From: Octopus vulgaris | Taxonomy: Eukaryota | Direction of reading: 5' to 3' | Length of the DNA: 64,000 nucleotides | Assembly: GCA_951406725.2 (NCBI GenBank) | Contig: OX597815.1 | Coordinates: 34,410,001 to 34,474,000 of the forward strand | In this document: positions 42,161-56,804 of the stretch, piece by piece | Layout of the letters: every line of letters begins with the position of its first letter | Numbering within the stretch: the stretch's first letter is position 1 | Program-made: the position numbers and the translations under genes | The notes under the pieces: generated by a model | Seen by the model: the letters and a program-made list of their open reading frames with translations, nothing else | Told to the model about the DNA's origin: nothing | The model's database searches: none

Positions 42161-42204
42161 AATAGTTTTTAAAATCTTCTTTTATCACTCTTCTTATGAA
42201 GCAG

Positions 42205-42266
<62 letters not shown>

Positions 42267-42394
42267 ATACCATACTTAGTTTTAAATCTTTTATCTTTAT
42301 TATTATAATTTGAACAATTACCTTGTGACATGTGTATATACATACATATGTATGTATATACACATGTCACAAGATATGTATATATCTTTACTCT

Positions 42395-42559
42395 CTCTCT
42401 TTTACTTGTTTAGTCGAGCAAATCGACGCCGGGACTTATTCTTTGTAAACCTAGTACTTATTTTATCGGTTTCTTTTGCCGAACCGCTAAGTGACGGGGA
42501 CATAAACACACCAGCATCGGTTGTCAAGCAATGCTAGGGGGACAAACACAGATACACAA

Positions 42560-42647
<88 letters not shown>

Positions 42648-42810
42648 GACGGGCTTCTTTCAGTTTCCGTCAACCAAATTCCGTCTACAAGGCTTTGGTT
42701 GGCTCGAGGCTAGAGTAGAAGACACTTGCCCAAGATGCCACACAGTGGGACTGGACCCGGAACCATGTGGTTGGTAAGCAAGCTACTTACCGCACAGCCA
42801 CTCTGCGCCT
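42395..42810 (-). mobile_element. SINE family B with internal (CA)n(TA)n
   Basis: Sequence identity to other family B copies. Confidence 0.9.
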
Positions 42811-43014
42811 ATATATATATATATTTCTAAGACTCTCTATATGAGACTACGGCAGCGGTACTGGATATTAATAGTTATCGCCAAGCTAACATGGCAATCC
42901 AGAAAAATAGGATGAATGCTGCCGTTGATTAGCTCCAAGAGGCCATCGCCTCTAGCTAGCTATGTGATACACGAACCTGTGTCCATTATAACCTTCGAAC
43001 AGGGGAGGTCAGTC

Positions 43015-43430
43015 GCTTCTCTCTCCCTCTCTCTCCCTCTCTCTGTCTCTCACGCATTCTCTCGCTCACTCTCTCTCTCTCTCTCTCACACACACTTTCC
43101 CTCCCTGTCACGCGATTCTCTTTCTCATGCACGTTCTCTCTGACTCTCAAACTCTCTGACGCACGTGTTCTCTCCCTCCCTCTCTCTCTCGACCCTATCT
43201 CTCTGTCTCGCGTGCGCGCGTGCGCATGTTTTTTTCTCTCGTACGCGTTTTTCTTTCTCTCTCCCTCTCGCTTTCCCCCGCTCTCTCCCTCCCTCTCTCT
43301 TTCTCTCACTCTCTTGTGTTTTCTTTTTTTTTTCTCTTCATTAACGACACTATTTCGCCTCTTTCTTTTCTCTCTCTCTCTCTCTCACTCTCTCCCACTC
43401 TCTCACCATTTCTCTCTCACTCTCTCTGAA
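43015..43430. repeat. CT-rich low-complexity tract
   Basis: Directly visible. Confidence 0.9.
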
Positions 43431-44717
43431 TATTCTTCCGTTCACCATTATCGACGCCAACATCTCCACCACCACTTCAACCATAACTGCTTCTTATTCT
43501 TTTTGAGTTACTTCCCATGGCATTATGCAATATTATATGGGTGACAATGTACTATTGTATTAAAATATATATAGATAACAAACTTCGCTTTACTGTCTTT
43601 TAATAGCACAAGGAGCGTGACATCATAGACAGGGATATAATTTTCTCGTCCATGTTTAACAATCAATGATTTTCGAAAAATAAACTTAAATAAAATGACA
43701 GTAAACTGGAAATATGTCGGAGAATAATAGCATCATTAAAATAATAGTGAAAATATTAAAGAATATATAATATCATTTCAATAAATAATATTTTCGTTTC
43801 AACTTTTCCATTTTCTCAGAGTAATGGAAAAGAAGACATATTAAGACTGTCTTAAGGCAGATTATAATGAAAGAAGTATAAAAATTTCATAACTACAAGC
43901 AGAATTCCTTAACACCAGATGATCTGGGTAAATGCAGTTATTAAACGTGTGAACAATCTTACTTTTCTTTCTACTTTTTTTTCTCGACACAGACAATAAC
44001 TAGTGTACTTCGATTCCATGTTACTGTGGTTTATATATATTTTTGTCATTTTGGTTATTTATTTATTGTCTTTTTTTTTTGTAGTATTTAAGTTTGTACT
44101 AACATATTTAATGCAAAGGAGTATTAAATAATAAATGAAAGTAACTTGGAACTAATTATGTCATAAGGGAAACATTCACTAACATTAACTATAATATTAT
44201 TCTGCTGTGAAATAGCGTGGTGAGAGTATTTGAGCTCACGATAGCAAAATGGTGGTTTCGGTTCCTGAGCCAGGTGGTGCGTTGTGATCGTGAGAAAAAC
44301 ATTCCATTTCACTTACTCAACGACACACTGTGCACCTGTTCAGGTAATTAGCAAAGAAATTATATACTTCGTCATTTTCTATAAACTTCCAACAATCTTA
44401 TAGTTTTCAAAATAACCATAGAATTTCTACTAGTTTTATTTATTTATTTATTTATTTATTTCGACATAGAATGGGAGATGACCTTGACTATGTTTCAGTC
44501 TTAGTCTTGAATCTAGGCTTCTTTAACGAAGCATAGACTCCGCAGTATTTGCCGAGTTAGTGCAGGAAAAAAATCACTTAATGAACATTTGACAATGTGT
44601 ATTTCTTCGCATAGAGCGTTCAGAAACAGCAAGATACACTGGGTCACGATTTCCAGCTGCTTGTAATAATAACTATTAATTTAGTGCCTATATATTTAAA
44701 GCGTTAATAATAATGAT

Positions 44718-44756
<39 letters not shown>

Positions 44757-44763
44757 AATAATG

Positions 44764-44820
<57 letters not shown>

Positions 44821-45360
44821 TGCCAACATTATGGAATAACAACAGAAAAAGGATGGTATAGGCACACACCAGAAAAGGTCACAGAAAACGAGAAAGCAAC
44901 CATACTCTGGGATATGCCGATACACACAGATAGAGAAATTAAGGCCAACAGACCAGATATAGTTGTCAGAGATCATGAAGAAAAAAATGCTTTCTAATTG
45001 ATGTATCAATACCGGCAGATGACAACGTGTCTCTAAAAGAAATGGAGAAACTCTCAAAATACAAAGACCTGGAAATAGAGGTAACTAGAATGTGGAATCT
45101 GAAAACAGAAACAATTCCTATCATAGTAGGTGCATTAGGCATGATAAAAATATATTCAGACAAATACATAACAAAAACACCAGGACTTACAAACACATAT
45201 AACATACAGAAAATTGCACTACTAGGCACTGCACACATCCTACGCAGAACACTTTCCATACAATAACCATCAGAGCATCACAACACATCACAGCACATAC
45301 CCAAGGCACACAGAGCTGCGCTCGGTAGTGAAGTGAAAGCACGCTATAAAAATAAAACTA

Positions 45361-45363
<3 letters not shown>
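44821..45363 (+). mobile_element. Young 5'-truncated Dong/R4-like LINE (RLE domain plus 3' UTR) inside (TAA)n
   Basis: ILWDMPIHTDREIKANRPDIVV..LIDVSIPADDNVSLKEMEKLSKYKDLEIEVTRMWNLKTETIPIIVGALG...AHILRRTLSIQ*; PD..D..K endonuclease motif; TAA repeats on both sides. Confidence 0.9.
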
Positions 45364-45416
<53 letters not shown>

Positions 45417-45418
<2 letters not shown>

Positions 45419-45975
45419 GCCCTGATGCAGTACCAGACTGGCTCTCGTGGATCCTGATCTTAACTGATTGGAAGTGTTATCATGTACATTGTTTTGTCTT
45501 GGTATAAAAGATTAACTACAGCAAATATTCTGCTCAATACCACAGATTTGCTTGTCAGTTGTTTGACCATAACCAGTTGACCATGTCTATAGTGGCTGAC
45601 GATGTGTGCATTCTATGATCACGAGCAGTAGTGGGGGAGCATCATAGCCATGTGCTGAAAGGACATGGGTGGTTCGTTCAACATCCTTAAACAATCCTTA
45701 TTCGGGGACCTTTTGAGTGGGATGGGCTACTCGACGAGAAGAAGATTCTAACTGGGCCCCACCTGCAGGGTCATGCGCTGTTTATCTTGATATGAGATCA
45801 CCATGTCACGCACATTTGGTTGTGATGCATGTGCCTAGTGTACCCTTATCAGACGGGTAGTCATGATGGGTATACTGCGCTTCGTATATTTTACCTCGTT
45901 GTCACTTTGATGGCATGCACTGCTCTCTCACACAATACTACTACTACTACAACAACAACAACAACAACAACAACA

Positions 45976-46006
<31 letters not shown>

Positions 46007-46224
46007 GCGGGATGGGTTACTCAACCTGAAGAAAATTCTAACTGGGCCTCACCTGCAAGGTCTTCTGTTGTTTATCTTGATATGAGATCACCATGTCGCG
46101 CACATATGGTTGTGATGCATGTGCCTGGTGTACCCTTATCAGACGGGTAGTCATGATGGGTATATTGGGCTTCGTATATTTTACCCCAGTGTCACTTTGA
46201 TGGCATGAACTGCTCTCTCACTCA
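45417..46224 (+). mobile_element. Non-coding element between TAA repeats with a duplicated ~215-bp 3' end
   Basis: About 45718-45933 and 46008-46224 are near-identical, each ending GCTCTCTCAC(A/T)CAAT and followed by trinucleotide repeats. Confidence 0.6.
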
Positions 46225-46243
46225 ATAATAATAATAATAATAA

Positions 46244-47155
46244 ATGACGTAGGTATAGAATTTAGGATTTAAAAAAGTGTGCTATATTGAAAATGAAATG
46301 CGGAAGATTTGAAAAAAGCCAGGGAATTGAAATGCCAAATAGGCAAACAATGAAAGTGGTTGAGAAAGGACAGTGGTATAAGTACTTGGAAATACTGGAT
46401 GCAGACGAGATAGAAATGAAGAAATGAAGCAAATTACCTGTAGGGTGTACAAAAGGAGAGTATGAAAATTATTGCAGTCAAAGCTGAATTCAAAAAATCT
46501 TATTGAAGTAATAAATTCAAGAGCAATACCCTTAATCAAATATGGAGTTGGAGTTATAGACTGGACGAAAAACGATTTAAAGAAACTTAACAGAAAAAAC
46601 TTGTAAGTTGTTGACGATGTATGGAGCCCACCATCCGAAAGTTGATATCAACCAGCTGTATTTGAGGATAGGCCAGGGTGGAACTGGTTTAATATCAGTA
46701 GAAGAATGTGTACAGATGGAAAGAAAAAGCCCAGGAGATTATTTACAGAGCAGCACAGAAAAAAAAAACTATTAAAGACAGTGAATAAAGAACAGGTGAC
46801 CTGGAGCGTAATAGGAGAAAAGGACAAGAATGAAATACAAAGAGAGCACGCCAGAGGGATTGAAGAGAAACTTCTGCATGGCCAGTTTTGGAGAGCCATT
46901 GAAGAGATATTCTTTTATTCTTACATTTGTTTCAGTCATTTGACTGCGGCCATGATGGAGCACCGCCATTTAGTCGAGCAAATCGACCCCAGGACTTATT
47001 CTTTGTAAGCCTAGTACTTATTCTGTCGGTCTCTTTTTGCCGAACCGCTAAGTGACGGGGACGTAAACACACCAGCATCGGTTGTCAAGCGATGTTGGTG
47101 GAACAAACACATACATACATACATACATACATACATACATACATACATACATACA

Positions 47156-47191
<36 letters not shown>

Positions 47192-48132
47192 TACGACGGG
47201 CTTCTTTCAGTTTCTGTCTACCAAATCCACTCACAAGGCTTTGGTCGGCCTGAGGTTATAGTAGAAGACACTTGCCCAAGGTGCCACGCAGTGGGACTAA
47301 ACCCAGAACCATGTGGTTGGTAAGCAAGCTGCTTACTGCGCAGCTACTCCTTAAATCCTGAGCTTGGTTTTTAAAAAAAGGAACAATTAAAAAAAGAAAT
47401 ACAGAGCCTAATTGTAGTAGCCCAAGATGAAGCGAAAATAAAGAACTTGAGAAAAATGTATATATGGAAAGAATGCGTCAGAAAAATGTAGAGCTTGTGG
47501 AACTCGAAACGAGACAGTGGCACACATTGTGGTAGAATGCCCCAAGTTGACACAGAAAGAATATAAGAAATGGAGACAGGACCAGGTTGTAAAGTTTTTA
47601 CACTGGAAACTGTGCCAGAAATGGAGTTTTGAGGCTGGAAATACATGGTACAATCATCGAGTCGAAGGTGTAACTGGAGTCGGAGAAATGTATGATTTTG
47701 TGGGACTTTCCTTTTCATGCAAGAAGTTAAAAAATAATAGACTGGGCATAATTATTATAGCTAGGAAAAAATGAAGTTGCTAACTAATCGACCCATCATG
47801 CCCATTTGATTCCAGGATCGTAAAGAAAGAGGAAGAAAAATAAAAAAAATACAGTCCCTTAAAATTTGAAATAGGAAGAATTTGGAGCATGAGAGCAGTA
47901 AAGGTCGTGCCTATAATAATTGGTGCGTTGGGAACAGTGAGCCAAGATATAGACAAATGGCTGAAGGAGATTAAAATAGAATGCCCAGTAGAGATCCAAC
48001 AGCATGAAATATCAGGAAGTTCTAAGCACTTGAAAAACAACTGAAAAATTGTAAATACTTAAGGTTACACGTAGTAACTCGCTACCCACATAATTCCTAC
48101 CAGGAATAAGACCAAACCTGAACCAAACCCAA
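46244..48132 (+). mobile_element. Decayed R4/Dong-like LINE (post-RT region, CCHC zinc finger, RLE) with nested SINE B (46913-47352, minus)
   Basis: YKYLGIL, LLQSKLNSKNLIEVINSRAIP, GQGGTGLISVEEC, LHGQF, CRACGTRNETVAHIVVECP, LIDPSCPFD, VVPIIIGALGTV; starts and ends at (AAT)n. Confidence 0.85.
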
Positions 48133-48374
48133 ATAATAATAATGGTTTCAAATTTTGAAAAAAGGCCAGCAATTTCAGGGGTGGAGGTAAGTGTATTACA
48201 TCACCCCAGTGTTCAACTTCTTAGAAAGGATTCTGAAGGGATCAAAGGCAAGCCGACCCCTGCGGCATTTGAATCCAGAAAGTAAGACAGATGAAACGCC
48301 GCTAAGCATTTTGTCCAGCGAGCTAACGATTCTGCCTTCTCATTGCCTTAATAATAATAACGATAATAATATTT

Positions 48375-48945
48375 TTTTTCTTTCTATTTTTGGCCACAAG
48401 AGCCGCACACAAAGAAAAATGTGACATTGCGATATAAAACAAGTGACAGTGGTGTTTATATAAAGCACGCGTAAACGATAAAAACTGTAACAATAAAATT
48501 ACAAACAATCAAATTCCCAGTAAGGGTAAGTGCCGCCCAAGGGCAACTAAAGAATCCCACTAATTTTGAATCACTCTACTCACCAGGTGCACCATGGTAA
48601 ATGCTTTTCTCTCCTCCGCAAATTTCAGGCTACAGACGTAGGATTACAGTAGGCCAATTTACTCGGGCCATTCTCGCTACATTTACGCCCTTTTCAACAT
48701 ATTTACTAGGAGACAGCACTTCCTTCTCTACTTTCACTTTCCTTTCCAAGTGGAACCTAAAGAAGTTGACGAGGGTTTGGCCGAAGAGGAAAATGCCTGT
48801 CGTCAGCACTTTCAGTCGCGTCCACCACACAACCTCTTTCACCATAGCCACCAGACAGAGAAAAACTGCCTACTCTTCCCTACCGAAGGAAGGCGGCGGA
48901 GCAATCTTCACGATGGAGTCGACCAATAGCTGAATCCGTTCTACG
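48375..48945 (-). mobile_element. Probable 3' end of a Tx1/L1-group LINE
   Basis: VFLCLVAMVKEVVWWTRLK...NFFRFHLERKVKVEKEVL resembles the Tx1-type C-terminal K..IWxxR motif; A-rich tail. Confidence 0.5.
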
Positions 48946-49714
48946 ATAATGATTATAATTATGATAATTATGTAGCGAGGAAAGAGCAATATTAATCATA
49001 TATTAATATTGAATTAATTTTAGTTTGGAATATGTATATTATGAATTTAAATTTTATCACTTACTCTTCACATAAGCTGCTGCTGCTGCTGCTACTGTTG
49101 TTGTTGCTGTTGCTGATGATGATGACGATGACGACGACAACGACTGCGATGATGATAATGATGATGATGATGATGATGAGTTTTAACCCATGGTGAAGCC
49201 TGATCGGTCGTCTCTGACGGAATACACTCAGCTGCGAGCATTCCGACTAGTTCTCCAGTTCATAGACGTAGCAAAGGAGGAAAAGGGAATGGTGACACCA
49301 CAATCCCGCAACCCTTAATCCAAGCACTAATGAGAAAGGACACAGCATTTCTTCTGGCACCATTTTTTTTTATCGGCTTCCGTCGTTTGGTGCTTTACTG
49401 TTCTGGTTTAAGGATAAATTCCTCTCACCACCCTCATGGGTGCTGCCCTTCATCCTATGAAAAAAAAAGCAATGGAAAACGGAAAAAACTCAATGAGCCA
49501 TTCATTTTAAAGATGAATTCGAGATTTACTTGCTATTTCTAGCATGTCTGAGGTTCTCTTGTTAGCTCGTCTTCACAGCAATCACGAATGCTGCTAGAAT
49601 TATCTTCACTGTCACAGCTTCTTAAAATCCCTTAGTCCCAAACGTCTGGGGCTGCACATATTTCATTTTGGTTGGTTCTGATTAAGCAGAAAGTACATAT
49701 ATGTGTCGCACTTC

Positions 49715-50120
49715 ACTCGGTCATTGGGCTGCGGCCATGATGAAGCATCACCTTCAAGGGTTTAGTCAAACAAATCGAGCCCAGGACTTATTTTTGCTTT
49801 AAGTCTGGTGCTTCTTCTACTGGTTTCTTTTGCAGAATCGCCAAATTATGAGGGCTTAAACAAACCCAAATCGTTGGTCAAGTGGTGGCTGGGGATACAA
49901 ACAGACACAAGCACAAACGCACACGCATAAACACACACACACACACACGCACGTTGGGCTTCCGCATAGTTTCCATCGACCAAATCCAAATTCACTAATA
50001 AGGTATTGTTCAACCTGGAGCCACAATAGAAGACATTTGCCCAAGGTGCTGTGCAGTGGGACTGAAGGCGAAACTACGTGATTCAAAGCCGGCTTCTTAA
50101 CCACCACGTCATGGCTGTGT
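49715..50120 (-). mobile_element. Diverged SINE family B
   Basis: Tail, internal (CA)n and head all recognisable. Confidence 0.75.
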
Positions 50121-51404
50121 CTATATAAATAATCTTAGGAAGAAAAATTGACGGTCAAACTCCAGTGTTTGAACCGAGCAAAAAAAAAAACATGTAGTAT
50201 ACGAATATGAAAAAAATGCGCGCTGGCGAACGGGGTCGGAGGAGAGGACCAGGACAATTCACATGATCCGATTTTTTCCCTAAGAAAATGGATTTTCTTC
50301 CCAACCACACGGTTCTGAGTTCAGTCCCACAGCATGGCACCTTGAGCAAGTGAATTTTTCGAGTCCTCTCCACCCACCTCCCGCAAAAACAGTTAGTGGC
50401 ATGTGATACCAAGTCATATTCGCTTGCGAGTGACGACTGACTCTTCCACAATCTATTTAATGTATCGAAGTAAACACACTGATCCAATTCTGTCGAGATT
50501 CGAACTTAGAAGAGTCGAGTAACTGAATTAAATGCATTGAAATATTGAAATCCAATGTTATATCATATCAGCCTCTTTAAATCTTGTCTTTTCAGAAACC
50601 ACACTGAGCTACTTTTATTTTATTTATACATTTATTTGCTTTTTTGTGTGTGTGTAGACACTTGAATAATTTATTTAGATAAGTATTGAAAAGGGGCGGA
50701 GAAATATGGGCAGTGTATAATTATCATAATTTATGCAAGATACACGAAAATATCCAATATAAACGTCACAAGAACATAATCTATCCGTCTACACTTGCAC
50801 ACATACCCATGTAAACATATATACCCTCTTGCATATACCCATGCACACACACACACACACGTAAATGCAGCACTTTCCACTGTTATTTCACTTTTATATG
50901 TGATGTTTCTACATTCATCCAGAACGCTTTAGCAATTTCAAGTCAATTGTTTCTAGTAACGAAGTGCGTGCATGTGTGCGCGTGCGTGCATGCGCGCGTA
51001 CGCGTCTGTGCGCGCGCGCGTGTGTGTGTGCATACCTAATACATACATTATGTGTGTGTGTATATATACATATACAGACACACACATTATGATATGCACG
51101 CATTTACAATATAAATACATACATTTATGCATGTAGTTATGCATATACATACGTTCATATATATGTTATTATACATTCATATGTATGTGTGCGCGTTTGT
51201 GCGCGCGTGTCTGTGTGTGTGTGTGCGCGCGCGTGTAGTTTTGTCTCCCGTGTTCATGTGATCGAGTCTTCGTAATGGTAGCAATGAGTCATCGATTTAT
51301 TTTTAACTCTCCAGCCAAACAGACCGAAGTTCCCTCCTACACCAATGATTACCTGAGATGTAAATCAGAGAACACGAGACAAAGTGAAAGACTGGAGAAA
51401 AGTG

Positions 51405-51810
<406 letters not shown>

Positions 51811-52713
51811 AAGTGTGTTATATGAGTGTCGGGTAGAGGATGAGAAAAATATTCCGTGAAAAAGATAGAGATGGAATAAATGAGAGAGAAGGGATCAGGG
51901 AGAATGAGGAGCAGAAGATGAGATGAGGGAACAGGGAGACAGGGAGAGAGAGAGAGAGAAGGTGGGAGGAAGAGAGGGAAAGAGACAGACAAATAGACAA
52001 TCAGAAAGAAAAAAAGAAACAAACAAGAAAGAGAGAAAGAAAGAACGTAAGTAAGAACAAGAAAGAGAGTAAAAAAGAAAGGTAGCAAGAGAGAAAGAAA
52101 GAAAGAACAAAGGAAAAGGAGTGAGAAGGGGTGGGGTAGGGGGTGGGGGGTTCTGCATCACTTTTTGAGTTATTTGTCGTAAGAGAAAGTATTACAGAAA
52201 ATAAATAATTATAGTAGGAACAGCAACACCAACAACAACCTTAATCTCAACATTAATAATGATTTCTTTATTTACAATGAAGTGAATTAAAAACAACAAT
52301 AACAAATCAAACAACAGTGAGAATAAAAAAAAAAGCAACAACAACAAAATTAATGTAGAATAAACTTCGACAGGAATTCCAAACACAAAGAATGGTGTCC
52401 CTTCAGCTAGGAATGATGTGGTCCCTACACAGAATCAATATTTCCCTACTTTATATATTCATAGAATTAAGGTTTACTGCAAGACGAGGTTCATAAGCAT
52501 AACAGGAAGGAGGAAGGTTGGTGCAGATAGAGAGGTGCAGAGAGAGAGAGTATGTGTGTGTAAGACGGAGAGAGAGAGTGTGTGTGTGAGAGAGAGAGAT
52601 GTAATATTTAATATAGACAGAGAAAGCAGAAGGCAGACTAGCTTCTGCTTTTCAAACTAGACATGAATATTCGGTGACTCAAGACTGGAGTTGGAGATTT
52701 TCTTGGCACACTA

Positions 52714-52754
<41 letters not shown>

Positions 52755-52918
52755 GACACTCACACAAAGTGAGAGAAACACACACACACACAACACTGCG
52801 TACGCGAACAAAGCTGCTGCTGCTGCTATATGTTACTGCTGATACTACTGTTAACTACTGCTGCTGTTAATACTGCTACGACTACTTCTGCTGCTGTGTA
52901 CTGCCATTTCTCTTTCCC

Positions 52919-52919
<1 letters not shown>

Positions 52920-52988
<69 letters not shown>

Positions 52989-52999
52989 ATCTATCTATG

Positions 53000-53077
<78 letters not shown>

Positions 53078-54015
53078 CCGTTCGTCTGCCTCTCTATTGT
53101 CTGTCTGTTTCCATTTGCATCTCCATACACTTTTCTTTGTCTCACTCATACACATACATATTACACGCACACATCCTTCCTACTATTTCTTACATACACA
53201 CACACACAGAGACACTTACTCAGACACACACACACCTATCTCCCTCACCGCCACTTACATCCTTCAACATAAATTCACGCTACTTCTCTTGTCATCTCTC
53301 TTTCTTTTCCCCTTTTCTCTCTCTCTCTCTCTCTCTCTCCCTCTCTCTCACTTCGCTGGCTCCCACTCTTTCTCTCACGCTCTCTTGACACAAACTCAGG
53401 TACACGTATTCACGTACACACTATCAAACGATTCACTCATACTCACACTCTCGGTCCCTCACGTAGTCATAGACATACACATACACACATGCGCACATAC
53501 GCGTCATCTCTCTCTCTCGCTCTCTCTCACTCTCTCTCACTCTCTCTCTCTCTATCTGTCTCACTCCCTTCCCCCTTCGTCTCAGTAATTCCCTCTATGT
53601 CATTTACATATCAACTCTACCCTTTCTGTCGCACTCACAGCTTGCTCAAAACACACAGCTATAAACACATCTGCAGTCACACCATCGCAGACTTAATCAT
53701 TTAATATTTCTCCCAGTCAGACACATACAGACACACGTCCCCCAAAACACACACAATTCATCCTATCACCCTTTCACTCTTTCTCACCCTTTCACTCTCC
53801 CCACCTTTCACTATCTATCTATCTATCTATCTATATTTATCACACAACAACACACTGCTTTCTCTCCTAGTCTGCGCACACTCTCTGCTTCTTTTTCTCT
53901 GACTCTCTCTCACAAACACTCTCTCTACAAACACACACTCTCTCTCTCTCACAAACACTCTCTCTCTCTCACAAACACTCTCTCTGCCACTCTCTGTCTC
54001 TTTCTCTCTTTCTTT
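52920..54015. repeat. (CTAT)n and CT/CA low-complexity tract, including ~20-bp CTCTCTCACAAACACT units
   Basis: Directly visible. Confidence 0.9.
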
Positions 54016-54237
54016 CTATTCACACACCACACTCGTCGTTCTCCAAGCTAACTCTACGTCATACTCACCCTGTCGTTCACTCGCTCGCTCGCTCGCTCGC
54101 TCACTCGCTCTTCCTTCTGCTTTCAGGCTTGCAGTCTCTGGAGTCAGCCTAACACTAGCTGTATGTATTTCCAATGTCAGTATGAACGGTTACCTGCACT
54201 TACAACATGGTCAATGTGTGCCAGCTGTTACGGCAGG

Positions 54238-54332
54238 TCAATGCGCCCTTTCGCATTGATCCTCGTCTTCATTTGCTATTCCAAACTCCGTCGAAGGTAG
54301 AACAAATGCAAATTTATTTTATTTGCATTTGT
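54238..54332. promoter_or_regulatory. Candidate cis-regulatory module: inverted Sox-like pair and inverted octamer (POU) pair
   Basis: TCAATGCG-n6-CGCATTGA; ACAAATGCAAAT-n7-ATTTGCATTTGT (two perfect ATGCAAAT octamers) in a unique island. Confidence 0.3.
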
Positions 54333-54339
54333 AATACCA

Positions 54340-54541
54340 ACAACTATCGCCATCACCACCAACAACACCAACACCAACACCAACACCAACCATCATTAGC
54401 ATCGTCAGAATCACCAATATCAACAACAACGTTACCATCAACATCGTTAGCACCGTAATAACCACCAAAACTACCTTCAGCCGCCACCGCTACCAATAAC
54501 AAGCACCATCATCTCACCACCACCACCATCACTATTATCAC

Positions 54542-54606
<65 letters not shown>

Positions 54607-55690
54607 CTACAAACAACAACATGCTCATTATCATTACACTACCACCACTAACAACAACAACAACAACATCACCATGGCTGTCGTTACCAACATCGATACT
54701 AATCAACCACTGCCACCACCATTACTATCACGATCGTTACCACCACCATCACCTCCACCACAACCAGCAGCACCACCACTACGCTACCACCACCACCACC
54801 ACTACCACCACCACCATCACGATCATCACCAACAACAACAAGAGCACCTCCAACACCACCACCATCACGACCATCACCATCACTACCACCATCACCATTA
54901 CCACCATCGCCTCAATCAACACCACCACCAACAACAACATCAACAATAAACACCAGACGTGTCAATGAGGAAACCTCGACGTGGTTGCTCAACATGTTGA
55001 AATAACAGTCAAATATCCCTCAAATCAGATTCCACCACTTTAGACAGAAAAGTTTGGGTAAATGTGGTCTTGTGCTTCTTGGACAACGAAAAATGGTAGG
55101 ATGGTCACGGCTGGTGTGCCATTGAGCATATGTCGGCCTCAATCTGGTCTGATCTAATGCTTAATGGATAACAACTATACAAAATGCTATCACCATCATC
55201 ATCATCATCGTCACCACCACTACTACCACCACAGCGACCAAGGTAACTATTACCATCCCCAACATCTCCCCTCACCACCACCACCATCACCACCACCACC
55301 ACCATCACCACCACCACCACCACTACCATCGCCACCACCAACACCACCACGGCCACCACGATAACTATTACCGTCCCCAACATTTCCCCTCACCACCATC
55401 ACCACCACCACCACCACTACCATCGCCACCACCAACACCACCACAGCCACCACGATAGCTATTACCACCCCCAACATCTCCCCTCACCACTACCACCACC
55501 ACCACCACCACCACCACCACCTCCACTAGCATCCCCATCATTTCCACCACCACCGCTATCATCACCTCCTTTACCACTACCACCACCACCACCACTAGCA
55601 TCCCCATCATTTCCACCACCACCGCTATCATCACCTCCTTTACCACCACCACCACCACCACTACTACTGTCACCACCTTCGTGTTCCTGA
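54340..55690. repeat. (CAC/CAT/CAA)n field with ~100-120-bp and 66-bp higher-order units
   Basis: CTATTACC.(T/C)CCCCAACAT.TCCCCTCACCAC three times; CACTAGCATCCCCATCATTTCCACCACCACCGCTATCATCACCTCCTTTACC twice. Confidence 0.85.
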
Positions 55691-56139
55691 TACTTGTCTC
55701 AGTACTGTTTTTGCTGTTGTTGTTGTTGTTGTTGCTGTTTTCCTCTTCCCAAATGGTGGAAGTCTTTGAGATAGCAGTAAACTGCGAAAAAAATAAAATA
55801 AAAGCAGTAGAAAAGATCACAAAAATACAGATACACATAGAAAAATGTTCTTACTCCACTCACCCATTCTTACACACACACACACACATACACACACACA
55901 TTCCCTCTTTCTTCCTCTCTCTCTTCATCGCTTTCTCTTTCTCAGTCAAACACGTATGCAAACATATATATGCATATAAGCATAATGCACGCCTACAATC
56001 AAATATATATTTTGTTGTACGTTCAAGGAATGTCACAAGATAAAATTAAGACTGCTAAGACATGTGTAGGAAACTTTACAAATATCAAACAGAATTTCAA
56101 AATTGCATTTGCATCTACAAATACTTCCACAATTAAGTG

Positions 56140-56575
56140 TACGTATGTACGTCTGCATGTATGTATGTATGTATGTATGTATGTATGTATGTATGTATGT
56201 ATGTATGCATGTATGCATGCATGCATGCATGCATGTATGTATGTATGTATGTATGTATGTATGCATGCATGCATGTATGCATGCATGCATGTATGCATGT
56301 ATGTATGTGTGTATGTATGTATGCATGAATGCATGCATGTATGTATGTATGTATGTATGTATGTATGTATGTATTATGTATGCATGCATGCAAGTATGTA
56401 TGTATGTATGTATGTATTATGTACGCATGCATGCATGTATGCTTGTTTGTATGAACGTTTGTATGTATCAATGCATGTATGTATGGATGTATGCATGCAT
56501 GTAATTATGTATGTACGTATGTATTCATGTTTGTACGCATGTTTGTTTGTATGCTTGTGTGTATGTATGCATGTT
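56140..56575. repeat. (TATG)n/(CATG)n microsatellite
   Basis: Directly visible. Confidence 0.95.
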
Positions 56576-56663
56576 TGTAAAAATATTTGTGTGTGTTATA
56601 TATTATATATTAGATCGGTAGACACTACACACTTTTTTTCTCTCCTTCTTTCTTTCTGTCTTC

Positions 56664-56699
56664 CTTTCTATGTAAGAGCATAGGCTCGAAACGTAAAAG
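56664..56699 (+). ncRNA. Decayed minimal hammerhead motif in a Penelope-like terminus (about 56625-56791)
   Basis: CTTT-ctatgta-A-GAGCatagGCTC-GAAA-CG-TA-AAAG: stems intact, CUGANGA core mutated. Confidence 0.5.
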
Positions 56700-56804
56700 A
56701 CGTTTTCAATTCCTGAGCGATATACTAATACATCTGTTCGTTTTCTACACCACCTGTCTTCGTCTTTTGGCTTTTTTCATGAATTCTCCCCTATATATTT
56801 ATAG

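Noticed and set aside
52624-52649. AGCAGAAG/CTTCTGCT hairpin followed by a T-run, resembling a bacterial terminator
   Set aside because: Eukaryotic DNA; an 8-bp stem is expected by chance in 64 kb and no upstream gene is supported
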